From Spirochaetaceae bacterium (GTDB lineage: Bacteria > Spirochaetota > Spirochaetia > SZUA-6 > Bin103): a DNA stretch of 64,000 nt. This document shows, one piece after another, positions 1-9,865 of the stretch. Made by a program: the position numbers and the translations under genes. The DNA lies in contig JAPPGB010000073.1 of assembly GCA_028821475.1 (NCBI GenBank), forward strand, positions 71,485 through 135,484, read 5' to 3'. Numbering within the stretch: position 1 is the first letter of the stretch; the number at the start of each line of letters is the position of its first letter. The notes beneath the pieces were generated by a model. The model did not search any database. It was given only the letters and a program-made list of their open reading frames with translations, and was not told the DNA's origin.

Positions 1-240
1 AGTGACCGGATCGTGTGCTCCTGGAATTGACCGACAAAGGTACCCTCGTGGGTGCCGACGATCAAGTCATACTCGTAAATCGTAAGCCCATCAAAGTTCC
101 GGAGTAGATCACCATACTCCTCGGCAAAAGCGCGTAGAGCGAGCTTGTTAACCGGCGAGTCAGGTAGGACACGCGCGTCCCACCCTCGACGCTGAAGTCA
201 TCATTCATTTACTGCTTGCAACTCGCAACGAGACCAGTAG

Positions 241-321
241 TTGCTTTCCTGGTGCAACATTGCCATAATCTGCTACAAGAGTCACACTCCAGCGAGCTTG
301 AACTTGGAGGATTACCACTGA
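241..321 (+). pseudogene. Possible 3-prime remnant of a HigB-type killer toxin gene
   Basis: Own translation of frame 1 ends ...PASLNLEDYH-stop at 319-321, 27 nt before the higA-like ATG. DYH-stop is the usual HigB C-terminus. The same frame has stops at 193-195 and 238-240, so only a short tail survives. Confidence 0.3.
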
Positions 322-347
322 CGGCTGACAATGACATCAAGGTAAAC

Positions 348-626
348 ATGACACCCTCGCATCCGGGCGACTTCATCCGCACCGAGGTCATTGAGGAGTT
401 GGGGCTGAGTGTGACGCGGGCGGCCGAGATCCTGGGTGTGCGCCGGGCGACGCTCTCGGACCTCCTGAACCGCAGAGCAGCGCTGTCGCCGGAGATGGCG
501 CTACGTATCGAGAAGGCGTTCGACGTGGGCATGGACCTGCTGCTGCGGATGCAGGCGTGGTATGACGCTGCACAGATGCGTTCACGCTCAAGCGAGATCA
601 ACGTTCAGCGCTACAAGTCTGCTTGA
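348..626 (+). CDS. higA: HigA-family antitoxin (XRE-type HTH)
   Basis: Internal ATG at 348 of ORF 216..626. The sequence HPGDFIRTEVIEELGLSVTRAAEILGVRRATLSDLLNRRAALSPEMALRIEKAF is the typical HigA antidote pattern. Confidence 0.8.
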   Translation: MTPSHPGDFIRTEVIEELGLSVTRAAEILGVRRATLSDLLNRRAALSPEMALRIEKAFDVGMDLLLRMQAWYDAAQMRSRSSEINVQRYKSA

Positions 627-1267
627 TTCGGGGACCATTCGGTTGGGTCGACCAGTTCCATCTCGTCCAGGCCGACCGGGGTCAGGCCGCGTTCGCGCAG
701 GCCGTCGATGATCCGCGGCAAGGCCTCGATCAGCGGCCGCGGGCGGGACAGGCGGGTGGCGTCGTCTTCCATCTCCGCGCCGTCGTGCAGGTCGATGATC
801 GAGCCGCCCTGCAACTGGTCCGACTCCAGGGTCAGCCGCACTATCTCGTCGGGGTCGGTGCGCGAGAAGTCGGCCGGGTTGACGTCGGCATCGACGATCC
901 TGATGCCCGGCGAGGTGGCCAGCGGCGACCCCAGGCACAGGTGGAAGTAGAAGAAGTGGGCGCGCAGGAAGCGCGACGGCTTGCCGGTGACGTTGGCTAG
1001 CACCGCCTCGGCGCGGTCGAAGTCGCCCAGATAGCGGTCGTGCTCGTAGCTGTGGTTGCCGATGACGTGGCCGGCGGCCACCATGCGCGCGAACGCCTGC
1101 GGCCAGCGCTCCACCCAGCGGCCGATCGGGAAGAAGGTGGCCCGGACCTCGCGTTCCGCCAGGATGTCCAGGATCTGGTCGGTCACCGGCGGATTGGGGC
1201 CGTCGTCGAAGGTCAGCGCCACCGTGGGCTGGTCGCGGCGGCCGTGGGTGTAGATCTGCAGTGCCAT
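611..1267 (-). CDS. Polysaccharide deacetylase (NodB homology domain)
   Basis: TVALTFDDGPNPPVTDQILDILAEREVRATFF and GHVIGNHSYEHD motifs. Start taken at the MALQIY ATG (1267) inside ORF 611..1378. Confidence 0.85.
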   Translation of the reverse strand: MALQIYTHGRRDQPTVALTFDDGPNPPVTDQILDILAEREVRATFFPIGRWVERWPQAFARMVAAGHVIGNHSYEHDRYLGDFDRAEAVLANVTGKPSRFLRAHFFYFHLCLGSPLATSPGIRIVDADVNPADFSRTDPDEIVRLTLESDQLQGGSIIDLHDGAEMEDDATRLSRPRPLIEALPRIIDGLRERGLTPVGLDEMELVDPTEWSPNQADL

Positions 1268-1362
1268 ATGCCCGCGGATTGTACGGGACTTCCGCCGCCC
1301 GCTCAAAGCGTTGACGGGCGGCGGACCGGCTTCTAACCTCGTCGGCGGAGGCGGCGCGTCGG

Positions 1363-3912
1363 ATGGAGCAGCCAGCATGGCCGGTGTTGAGACGGTATGA
1401 CCAGGATCACCTGCGCATGATCGCGCTGCCGCTCGGCGGCGTCGGCACCGGCACCGTCTCGCTCGGCGGGCGCGGCAACCTGCGCGACTGGGAGATCATG
1501 AACCGGCCCGCCAAGGGCTTCGCGCCGCCGGACTCGTTCTTTGCCGTGTACACCGAGCAACCCGGCGGGGAACGCCATGCGCGCGCCCTGGAGGGGCCGA
1601 TCGACGAGGCCGACTACATCACCGGCCAGAAGGGCTGCGGCGAGCCCAACCACGGGTTGCCGCGCTTTCGCTCCTGCCGCTTCTCGGCCGCCTACCCGTT
1701 CGGCCAGGCAGAGCTTGCCGACCCGGACCTGCCGGTCACGGCCGTGGTGCAGGGCTTCAACCCGCTGATCCCGGGCGACGTCGCGGCGAGCAGCATCCCG
1801 GCCGCCATCCTGCGCTTCGTGGTGACCAACACCACCTCGGCTCCGCTGCGCGTCGCGGTGTGCGGCACCATCGCCAACGTCGTCGGCTACGACGGCACCC
1901 TCGGCGCGCCAACCGGCAACTGCAACGAATACCGGAAGCGCGGGGGCGAAGCGCCGGTGCGCGGCATACTGCTGTCGTCCGCGGGCGTAGATGCCGCGGC
2001 CGAGCAGGCCGGGACCATCGCCCTGGCGACCGACGCCGCCGGTGAGCTGACCTGGCGCACCGCCTGGCTAGACGAGCCGGCCCCGTGGCCGCTGCGCGAC
2101 TTCTGGCAGGACTTCAGCGCCGACGGCCGGCTGCACCCGCGGGACGCGGGCGCGGGGGCGACCCCGCACGCCTCGCTGTCGGTAGCGCTGGCGCTGCCCG
2201 CGCACGGCTCGGCGTCGGTGAGCTTCGTGATCGGCTGGCACTTCCCGAACCGCATGGCCTGGACCCCGATCGGCGGCTTCACCGAACCCACCTTCGCCGG
2301 CGGCGGCGACGGCCCGGGCACCGGCGGCCCGCGGGTCGGCAACCACTACGCCACCCGCTACCGCGACGCCTGGGAGGTGGTGGAACGCACCTTCGCCGAC
2401 CTCCCCCGGCTGGAAGCGGACACCGTGGCGTTCGTGCGGGCGGTGTGCGAGAGCGACCTGCCGGAGGTGGTCAAGGAGGCCGCCCTGTTCAACGTCAGCA
2501 CGCTGCGCACGCAGATCTGCTTCCGCACCGAGGACGGCTCCTTCCACGGCTTCGAGGGCGGCTTCTCGAACGAGGGGTGCTGCATGGGATCGTGCAACCA
2601 CGTGTGGGGCTACGAGCACGCCACCGCATCGCTGTTCCTGGAACTGTCGCAGCGGATGCGCGAGGTGCAGTTCCTGCACGCCACCGATGACGGCGGCCTG
2701 ATGCACTTCCGGGTGCACCTGCCGCTGCCGCGCGCCCGCGACCACTCGTTCGCCGCGGCGGACGGCCAGATGGCGAGCATCCTGAAGCTGTACCGCGACT
2801 GGCAACTCAGCGGCGACTCGGCCTGGCTGGCGCGGCTGTGGCCGAAGGCGCGCGCGTGCATGGAGTTCTGCTGGATTCCGGGCGGCTGGGACGGCGACCG
2901 CGACGGCGTGATGGAGGGCCCGCAGCACAACACGCTGGACTACGAGCTGTTCGGCCCCAATCCGCTGATGGCCGCCTGGTACCTGGCCGCGCTGCATGCG
3001 GCCGAACGGATGGCGCGCGCCCTGGACGACGCGGCCTTCGCCGACCGGTGCCGAGAGCTGGCCCGCCGCGGCCGCGCCTGGGTGGACGAGCACCTGTTCA
3101 ACGGCGAGTACTACGAGCAGCAGGTCCGCCCGCCGGTGCCGGGCGCCGCCGCCCCGCGCGGCCTGGTGATGGAGCACGCCGAGCGCCGGTTGCGGCTGCC
3201 GGACCAGCTCGGCGCCGGCTGCCAGGTCGACCAGCTCGCCGGCCAGTACGCGGCGCACGTGTGCGGCCTGGGCTACGTCCTGGAACCGGAGCAGGTGCGG
3301 CGCACGCTGCACAGCATCCTGCGCTACAACTACCGCACCGAGTTCCACTCCCACTTCAACCACCTGCGCACCTTCGTGCTCGGCGACGAGCAGGCGCTGA
3401 TCTACGCGTCCTACCCGCGCGGCGGCGAGCCGCCCTGGTCGCTGCGACGCAAGTCGGAGATCTGGAACGGCTCGGAGTACACCGCCGCCGTCGGCATGCT
3501 GTACGCGGGCCAGGTCGAGGCCGGCCTGCAGGTGATCGAGGCGATCCGCAACCGCTACGACGGCCGCAAGCGCAACCCGTTCTCGGAGATCGAGTGCGGC
3601 GAGCACTACGTGCGCTCGATGGCCGCCTGGTCGGCGCTGCTCGCCCTGACCGGCTTCGCCTACTCCCGGCTCACCGGCACGCTGACATTCAACGCCGCCG
3701 CGCGCCGGGCCGACTGGGTGTGGAGCAACGGCACCGCCTGGGGCCGCTGCCGGCAGACGCCGTTCGCGGGCGCCACCGAGGCGACGGTGACGGTCGGCGG
3801 CGGCGAGCTGGAGCTGCGCGAACTGGTGCTGCGCGGGCGCGGGTCGGCGAGCCTCCCGCGACGGCGAACCGTTGCGGCGGGAGACTCGGTGACCGTTACC
3901 GTGGCGCGCTGA
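1363..3912 (+). CDS. Glycoside hydrolase family 116 (GBA2-type beta-glucosidase-like)
   Basis: 849-aa ORF. N-terminal LPLGGVGTGTVSLGGRGNLRDWEIMNRP and catalytic-region MEGPQHNTLDYELFGPNP patterns are characteristic of GH116. Confidence 0.85.
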   Translation: MEQPAWPVLRRYDQDHLRMIALPLGGVGTGTVSLGGRGNLRDWEIMNRPAKGFAPPDSFFAVYTEQPGGERHARALEGPIDEADYITGQKGCGEPNHGLPRFRSCRFSAAYPFGQAELADPDLPVTAVVQGFNPLIPGDVAASSIPAAILRFVVTNTTSAPLRVAVCGTIANVVGYDGTLGAPTGNCNEYRKRGGEAPVRGILLSSAGVDAAAEQAGTIALATDAAGELTWRTAWLDEPAPWPLRDFWQDFSADGRLHPRDAGAGATPHASLSVALALPAHGSASVSFVIGWHFPNRMAWTPIGGFTEPTFAGGGDGPGTGGPRVGNHYATRYRDAWEVVERTFADLPRLEADTVAFVRAVCESDLPEVVKEAALFNVSTLRTQICFRTEDGSFHGFEGGFSNEGCCMGSCNHVWGYEHATASLFLELSQRMREVQFLHATDDGGLMHFRVHLPLPRARDHSFAAADGQMASILKLYRDWQLSGDSAWLARLWPKARACMEFCWIPGGWDGDRDGVMEGPQHNTLDYELFGPNPLMAAWYLAALHAAERMARALDDAAFADRCRELARRGRAWVDEHLFNGEYYEQQVRPPVPGAAAPRGLVMEHAERRLRLPDQLGAGCQVDQLAGQYAAHVCGLGYVLEPEQVRRTLHSILRYNYRTEFHSHFNHLRTFVLGDEQALIYASYPRGGEPPWSLRRKSEIWNGSEYTAAVGMLYAGQVEAGLQVIEAIRNRYDGRKRNPFSEIECGEHYVRSMAAWSALLALTGFAYSRLTGTLTFNAAARRADWVWSNGTAWGRCRQTPFAGATEATVTVGGGELELRELVLRGRGSASLPRRRTVAAGDSVTVTVAR

Positions 3913-3989
3913 CGGCGGCGGGCCGCGGCGGCCCCGCCCGGCTGGCGGCGAAGCGCACGCGGCTCACCGGCACCGTCTTCCTCACTCTC

Positions 3990-6005
3990 CTATTCGCTGA
4001 AGTACCACTGGTCGGCGTGGTAGCCGGCGAACCACACCGCGAACCAGTCGTACCACCAGGAGCCCTCGTCGGGAATGTTGTGCAGGTTGTCGGCCACCAG
4101 CACCGGCTGCGGACCCATGCCCACGGTGCCGACCTGGTACATGCCCTCCACGTTCCGCTTCATCAGCTCCTTGCCGAGCGCCCGCCACTCGTCGGTGTTG
4201 GGCGGCATGGTGAGCCACCGGTCGGAGAGCTCGAACAGCTCCTTGACGTCGGGCGGCGGCTCTTCGCCTTGGGCACCGTCGGTGTTGTACCAGGTTTGCC
4301 ACGGCCTGCCGTTGGACACGCCCCAGGAGGGCCGGAAGCGGCAGAAGGTGCAACTGTACAGCCCGGTCACGGTGTTCATGTCCAGGTGCTTGCCGCCCAG
4401 GTCCACCTCGTTGGCGTTGACCATCTCCCAGAACAGCTTGCTGCTCACCTGCTTGAGGGTCACGTCGATGCCGATCGCCTTCCAGTACTCCTGCGCCAGC
4501 TCGTTGATGCGCTGCTTGGGGCCTTCCAGCTCGCGGTAGGGGAACACCACCGCGATGCGCTTGCCGTCGGGGCGCAGCCGGTACTCGCCGTCGGCGTCCC
4601 ACTGCAGGCCCATCTCGTCGAGCAACTCGTTGGCCCGGTCGGGATCGTACTCGGCATAGTGGTCCGCCATCCACGGCTCGAACAGCTCGTTGTCCGGATT
4701 CACCGTGGCCTGGCGCGGCACGGCGCGCCCGAAGAACAGGCTGTCGTTGATCTCGTCGCGGTTGATCGCGAGCGAGGTGGCCTGGCGGAAGCGGATGTCG
4801 TTGAAGATCTCGCGCAGCACCGGGTCCTTGCTGGTCTGATTCCAGTAGAAGGTCTGCTCCGCCCCGCGCAGGGACTTCCACAGCAGCACGCGGTAGCCGC
4901 CCTCCGCCTCGTTGGACTTGTACAGTGGGTAGTTGTTGAGCACCGAGTGGAATGCGGCGTAGCTCAGCTCGCCGTTGATCACCTGCAGGTGAATCGTCTC
5001 CATGCTGTCGAACAACTGCCGCGTCTGCTCGTCGATGTAGGGGAGCTGGTTGCCGGCGGTGTCGATCTTCCAGTAGTAGGGATTGCGCGTGAAGTACTTG
5101 TTGCCGGCCGCGTCGACCTCGTCCAGCACCCAGGTGTCGATGCTCGGCAGGTCGACGTCTTCGCGCGACTGGATCTCCAGGCCCCAGTGCGAGCGCAGCA
5201 ACTGGTACCAGTTGTCGAGCCCCGCCTCCTTGGCCAGGTCGTTGGCCTCCGGGTTGTAGGAAATGTGGAACTGCTCCAGGTAGTGGCGCGGCGCGAACGT
5301 CGTCCAGTTGCCGTCGCGCGGCACCGCGGCCATCAGCACCGTGCCGCCGGGAAACGGCGCCGCGAAGCTGTAGCGCACGGTCAGGTCGTCCAGCTTCTCC
5401 ACCGTCATCAGCTCGCCGCCGGGAGACCACATCTTCGGCTTGACCGGGTTGATCTCGTCGTTGCCGAGATAGTCGTCGTACCAGAACATGACGTCGTCGG
5501 CCGTGAACGGGTGGCCGTCGGACCACTTCATGCCGCGGCGCAGGTGGAGGGTCAGGCTGCGCAGGTCGTCGGATGCCTGCCACGCCCTGGCCGCGTTGGG
5601 GACCACCGTGGCGAGGTCCATGGACGGCTTCAGCAACCCCTGGATGCGGGCGCTCCACACGTCGTCGGCGCCATAGGTGGGATAGTTGGCGGCGCCGATC
5701 AGGTTGCCGCCGTAGCGGCCGATGCTCGCCAGCGGCTGCAGCACCAGCGGTTCCTCCGGCAGCCGTTCCTGCACCGGCGGCAGCTCGCCGGCCGCCACCA
5801 TGGCCGCCAGCATCGGCGCCTCGCCATAGGTGGTGATCGTGTTGCCGGTGGCCTGCTCGTAGTCGGCCTGCGTTGCGTACACCGCGAACCCGTCCGTCAT
5901 CTGGGCCCCGGTGTCCTCGACCGCCGCGCTCTCGGTCGTGCTGGCCGCGAACAGCCCCGGCAGCGCCAGCAGCGCGATCGCCAGGGCCAATAGTGTGCTC
6001 CTCAT
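3990..6005 (-). CDS. ABC transporter substrate-binding protein, family 5 (Opp/Dpp type)
   Basis: Signal peptide MRSTLLALAIALLALPGLFAAS from the ATG at 6005. About 670 aa with overall family-5 SBP character. Lies next to two Opp/Dpp-type permease genes. Confidence 0.85.
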   Translation of the reverse strand: MRSTLLALAIALLALPGLFAASTTESAAVEDTGAQMTDGFAVYATQADYEQATGNTITTYGEAPMLAAMVAAGELPPVQERLPEEPLVLQPLASIGRYGGNLIGAANYPTYGADDVWSARIQGLLKPSMDLATVVPNAARAWQASDDLRSLTLHLRRGMKWSDGHPFTADDVMFWYDDYLGNDEINPVKPKMWSPGGELMTVEKLDDLTVRYSFAAPFPGGTVLMAAVPRDGNWTTFAPRHYLEQFHISYNPEANDLAKEAGLDNWYQLLRSHWGLEIQSREDVDLPSIDTWVLDEVDAAGNKYFTRNPYYWKIDTAGNQLPYIDEQTRQLFDSMETIHLQVINGELSYAAFHSVLNNYPLYKSNEAEGGYRVLLWKSLRGAEQTFYWNQTSKDPVLREIFNDIRFRQATSLAINRDEINDSLFFGRAVPRQATVNPDNELFEPWMADHYAEYDPDRANELLDEMGLQWDADGEYRLRPDGKRIAVVFPYRELEGPKQRINELAQEYWKAIGIDVTLKQVSSKLFWEMVNANEVDLGGKHLDMNTVTGLYSCTFCRFRPSWGVSNGRPWQTWYNTDGAQGEEPPPDVKELFELSDRWLTMPPNTDEWRALGKELMKRNVEGMYQVGTVGMGPQPVLVADNLHNIPDEGSWWYDWFAVWFAGYHADQWYFSE

Positions 6006-6105
6006 GGTGCACCTCCTGTTGTTGTTACGGGGGTTGTCTACCACGGCGGCCGCCGGCGTGCAACATTGCGTTCCGGCGTTGCCGGCGTTGCGGGGGCTGC
6101 CGGCG

Positions 6106-7212
6106 CTACTTGTAGGGGTCGGCGGCGTCGCGCAGGCCGTCGCCGAGGAAGTTGAACGCGAGCACCGTCACCACCACGAACACGCCCGGAATCATCAACC
6201 ACGGATACAGGGCGATGGTCTGCACGTTCTGCGCCTCCTGCATCAGCACGCCCCAGCTCACCACCGGCGAACGCAGGCCCACGCCGAGGAAGCTGAGCGC
6301 GGTCTCGGCCAGGATCATGTTGGGCACCGCCAGGGTCAGGCTGACGATCAGGAAGCTCAGGAACGAGGGAATCAGGTGCCCGGCTATGATGCGCCGGTCG
6401 GTGGCGCCGGCCACCTTGCCGGCGAGCACGAAGTCCTCCTCGCGAAGCTCCAGGAACTTGCCGCGGATCACGCGCGCCAGGCGGGTCCAGCCCACCGCGG
6501 ACAGCACGATACTGATGCCGAAGTACACCTGCAGCGGCTTCCACTGCGCCGGCAGCGCCGCCGCCAGCGCCAGCCACAGCGGAATCGTCGGCAGCGACAG
6601 GATGAACTCGATCACGCGCTGCACCGCCATGTCCACCGAGCCGCCGTAGTAGCCGGAGATGCCGCCGAGCACGCAGCCGATGACAAAGCTCAGCAGCACG
6701 CCGACCAAGCTGATCGACAGCGAGATGCGGGTGGCGTATAGCACCCGCGAGAACAGGTCGCGGCCCAGGTCGTCGGTGCCGAACAGGAACAGCACCCCCG
6801 GCTCCTCCACCCCGAACAGGCGGACGTCGGTGCGCAGCACGCCCCAGAACTTGTACGGATCGCCGCGCACGAAGAAGCGCAGCGGAAAACGGACCGAGGT
6901 GTCCTCGGTGTAGATGCTCACCCAGGTCTCGGGGTGGACATCCTTGACAAGACCGTACACGAACGGGCGCAGGTGGAAGCGGCCCTCGGCGTCGACGAAA
7001 TGAACGTGCGCCGGCGGCGCGTAGATGTGGTCGGGAAAGCGGCGGCCCACGTCGTAGGGCGCCAGGGAGACGCAGAACAGCGCCACCAGGTAGCACAGCG
7101 CCAGCACGGTGCCGCCGCCGACGGCCAGGCGGTGCTTGCGGAACTTGCGCCACATGAGCTGCCACTGCGAGGCCAGGTAGTAGGATTCGTCGGCTTTGCT
7201 CAAGTTGCTCAT
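6106..7212 (-). CDS. ABC transporter permease (DppC/OppC-like)
   Basis: Multi-pass membrane protein with the binding-protein-dependent permease core (LSLPTIPLWLALAAAL, ETALSFLGVGL). ATG at 7212 preferred over the TTG at 7230. Confidence 0.85.
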   Translation of the reverse strand: MSNLSKADESYYLASQWQLMWRKFRKHRLAVGGGTVLALCYLVALFCVSLAPYDVGRRFPDHIYAPPAHVHFVDAEGRFHLRPFVYGLVKDVHPETWVSIYTEDTSVRFPLRFFVRGDPYKFWGVLRTDVRLFGVEEPGVLFLFGTDDLGRDLFSRVLYATRISLSISLVGVLLSFVIGCVLGGISGYYGGSVDMAVQRVIEFILSLPTIPLWLALAAALPAQWKPLQVYFGISIVLSAVGWTRLARVIRGKFLELREEDFVLAGKVAGATDRRIIAGHLIPSFLSFLIVSLTLAVPNMILAETALSFLGVGLRSPVVSWGVLMQEAQNVQTIALYPWLMIPGVFVVVTVLAFNFLGDGLRDAADPYK

Positions 7213-7219
7213 CGACGGC

Positions 7220-8206
7220 TCAGCGCGCAAACCGGATGCGCGGGTCGATCGACACCAGCAGCATGTCCGACACGAACGTGCCGATCACGGTCATGAAGCC
7301 CAGCAGCATGACGATGGTGGAGGACAGGTAGATGTCCTCGCTGAGCAGCGCGCCCAGCAGCAGCGGCCCGGTGGTGGGCAGGTTCAGCACCACCGCGGTG
7401 ATGGTGGCCCCCGACACGATCTGCGGCAACAACCAGCTCACCGAGCTGACGATCGGGTTGATCGCCATGCGCACCGGGTACTTGAACAGCAGCGAGCGCT
7501 CGCTCACCCCCTTGGCCCGGGCCGTGATCACGTACTGCTTGCGCAGCTCGTCGAGCAGCGACCCGCGCATCACCCGGATCAGTTCCGCCGTGCCCGCCGT
7601 GCCGACCACGATGATCGGCACCGGCAGGTGCTTCAGCAGGTCGAACACCTTGCCCAGGCTCCAGCCGGCGCGCAGGTACTCGGTGGAGAACAGCCCGGCG
7701 ACGCTGATGTCCAGGAAGCGCGAGAACAGGTACATCAGGATCAGGGCCAGGAAGAAGTTGGGAATCGCCAGGCCCATGAAGCCGAGCGTGGTGAAGGTGA
7801 AGTCGCCCACCGAGTACTGGTGGGTGGCCGAGTACACGCCCACCGGGACCGCCACCACGAAGGTGAACAGCATGGTGATGATGGATATCACGGTGGTGAG
7901 GGCGAGCCGTTCTCCGATCAGTTCGGAAACCGGCCGGTTCCACTCGAACGAGAACCCGAAGTCGCCCCGCAGGGTGCCCGCCGCCCAGTTCACGTAGCGC
8001 AACGGGATCGGCAGGTCGAGCCCGTACTGCCGCTTCAGCGCGGCGATCTCCGCGGCGCCCACCTCGCTGCCCGACTCCTGGAGCTGCATGATGTAGCTGG
8101 TCAGGTAGTCGCCCGGCGGCAGTTGGATGATCAGGAACGACACGACCGACACGATCCAGAGAACGACGATCACGTACAGGAACCGGCGTACCAGGTATCG
8201 GCCCAT
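7220..8206 (-). CDS. ABC transporter permease (DppB/OppB-like)
   Basis: MGRYLVRRFLYVIVVLW N-terminus typical of DppB/OppB, plus the EAA-like segment ITARAKGVSERSLLFKYPVR. Its stop lies 5 nt upstream of the next permease start. Confidence 0.85.
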   Translation of the reverse strand: MGRYLVRRFLYVIVVLWIVSVVSFLIIQLPPGDYLTSYIMQLQESGSEVGAAEIAALKRQYGLDLPIPLRYVNWAAGTLRGDFGFSFEWNRPVSELIGERLALTTVISIITMLFTFVVAVPVGVYSATHQYSVGDFTFTTLGFMGLAIPNFFLALILMYLFSRFLDISVAGLFSTEYLRAGWSLGKVFDLLKHLPVPIIVVGTAGTAELIRVMRGSLLDELRKQYVITARAKGVSERSLLFKYPVRMAINPIVSSVSWLLPQIVSGATITAVVLNLPTTGPLLLGALLSEDIYLSSTIVMLLGFMTVIGTFVSDMLLVSIDPRIRFAR

Positions 8207-8348
8207 CGCTGTTGCCCGCCGATGATAGCCCCCCGCCCGCCGCCGGTCCAGGACGCGCGCCACTTCGGCCCCATTTCGGCCGTAACCGAGTGGACATCAT
8301 CGCGAGCGCCGCGGTAGACTTAGCTCAACTTAGCTATTGGAGAGGTGG

Positions 8349-8600
8349 ATGCGGGTAAACATGCATGAGGCGAAGTCGCAGCTCTCGCGGCTGGCCGAGC
8401 TTGCGTGGCAAGGCGAGGAAATCGTGATCTGCAAGGCCGGCAAGCCCTGGCTGAACCTGCTGCCCTACCGCGAACGCATGCGCGAGCGGGTGCCGGGAGG
8501 GCTCGAGGGACAGATCCGGATCGCTCCCGACTTCGACGACGAGGACGAGGAACTCATCGCGGAAATCGAAGGATCGAAGATCCATCCGGACGAGACCTGA
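8349..8600 (+). CDS. Phd/YefM-type antitoxin
   Basis: MRVNMHEAKSQLSRLAELAWQGEEIVICKAGKP N-terminus and an acidic tail (DFDDEDEELIAEIE). Ends 2 nt before the PIN toxin start. Confidence 0.75.
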   Translation: MRVNMHEAKSQLSRLAELAWQGEEIVICKAGKPWLNLLPYRERMRERVPGGLEGQIRIAPDFDDEDEELIAEIEGSKIHPDET

Positions 8601-8602
8601 CA

Positions 8603-8983
8603 ATGCAGCGGCTGTTGCTCGATACGCACGCATTTCTGTGGTGGGTATCCGAATTCGCCCGGCTCACGGCCACGGCGCGCGCCGCCATCGCCGATCCGCG
8701 CAACGATGTCTTCGTCAGCGCCGTGACCGGCTGGGAAATCGCCGTCAAGAAAGCCAAGGGAAAGTTGACCGCACCCGACAACCTGGCTGCCGTGGTCGAC
8801 ACCAAGGGCTTCACCCACCTGCCGCTGACCTACCACCACACCGAGCAGGCAGCCTCGCTCCCGATGCACCACCGCGACCCGTTCGATCGTATCCTGGTCG
8901 CCCAGGCCCAGTCCGAGGGGCTGATTCTCGTCACTCGGGACCGGAACATCCCGAAGTACGGAGTGCGCACCATTCCGGCCTGA
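8603..8983 (+). CDS. vapC: PIN-domain toxin (VapC family)
   Basis: MQRLLLDTHAFLWW start and HHRDPFDRILVAQA near the C-terminus, the typical PIN acidic residue context. ATG at 8603 inside ORF 8405..8983. Confidence 0.85.
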   Translation: MQRLLLDTHAFLWWVSEFARLTATARAAIADPRNDVFVSAVTGWEIAVKKAKGKLTAPDNLAAVVDTKGFTHLPLTYHHTEQAASLPMHHRDPFDRILVAQAQSEGLILVTRDRNIPKYGVRTIPA

Positions 8984-9007
8984 CCGCCTGACCGCGTGAG
9001 CGCCGTT

Positions 9008-9865
9008 TCAGCCCTTCACCGCGCCCTGGGTCATTCCCTGGATGAACTGGCGCTGGAAGATCAGGAACAGGATGACCGCTGGAGCCAGCATCAGAACCGA
9101 GGCGGCGTTGGTCAGTGCCCAGTCGCGGTCGAAACGGCTGGCGAACGCGTACAGGCTGGTGGCGACCGGTTTCAGGTTCGGGTCGTGAATGAACGTGACC
9201 GAGACCAGGAACTCGTTCCACCCCCACAGCATCACGATCAGGGCCACGGTCAGGAATCCCGGCTTGGTGATCGGCACGATGATGCGGGTGAACACCTGCA
9301 GGCGGTTGGCGCCGTCGATCAGCGCCGCGTCCTCGAAATCGCGCGGGATGGAGACCATGTAAGCGCGCAGCAGGAAGGTGGAGAAGGTGGCGAAGCGGGC
9401 GGCATGGATGATCATGACGCCGGCCAGGTTGTTGATCAGCCCCAGGTGCTTCCACATGAAGAACAGCGGGAACAGGAACAGCAGCAGCGGCATGGCCGAG
9501 GACACCAGGAACACCACCAGCAGCACGTCGCCGCCGCGCGGCCGCAGGCGCGCCAGCGAGTAGCCGGCCAGGCCGGCCGCGACCAGCACCATGGCCGCGG
9601 TACCGGCCGAGATGACGGCGCTGTTGCGCATGGTGACGGCGTAGCGCCCGTTCACCCATGCCTTGCCGTAGTTCTGCATCTGGATCTCGCCCACCGGCGG
9701 CCCGAGCGGATTGGCGCCGATCTCGCGGTTGGTCTTGAGCGAGTTGAACGACAGCATGACGATCGGGTAGAGCGAGAAGATCGCCATCAGGGTCAGCACG
9801 ACGTAGGTTGGGGCCAGCGACGGCACCCGCCGGCGGCCGGAGCCCGCCACCGCGGCGGTGCTCAT
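9008..9865 (-). CDS. Carbohydrate ABC transporter permease (MalG-like)
   Basis: MSTAAV start at 9865 overlaps the upstream permease stop (ATGA). The EAA loop region DFEDAALIDGANRLQVFTRIIVP is present. Confidence 0.85.
   Translation of the reverse strand: MSTAAVAGSGRRRVPSLAPTYVVLTLMAIFSLYPIVMLSFNSLKTNREIGANPLGPPVGEIQMQNYGKAWVNGRYAVTMRNSAVISAGTAAMVLVAAGLAGYSLARLRPRGGDVLLVVFLVSSAMPLLLFLFPLFFMWKHLGLINNLAGVMIIHAARFATFSTFLLRAYMVSIPRDFEDAALIDGANRLQVFTRIIVPITKPGFLTVALIVMLWGWNEFLVSVTFIHDPNLKPVATSLYAFASRFDRDWALTNAASVLMLAPAVILFLIFQRQFIQGMTQGAVKG

Noticed and set aside
3917-3937. GC-rich inverted repeat between the convergent GH116 and SBP genes as a bidirectional terminator
   Set aside because: Only a 5-bp stem (GGGCC/GGCCC) with a 5-nt loop could be drawn, and there is no T tract. 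This is not distinguishable from background in GC-rich DNA.
2838-5993. 1051-aa ORF on the plus strand spanning the end of the GH116 gene and the whole SBP gene
   Set aside because: Composition is Arg/Ala/Gly/Pro-rich and low-complexity, typical of off-frame or antisense ORFs in GC-rich DNA. It overlaps ORFs with clear family motifs (GH116 and the family-5 SBP on the other strand).
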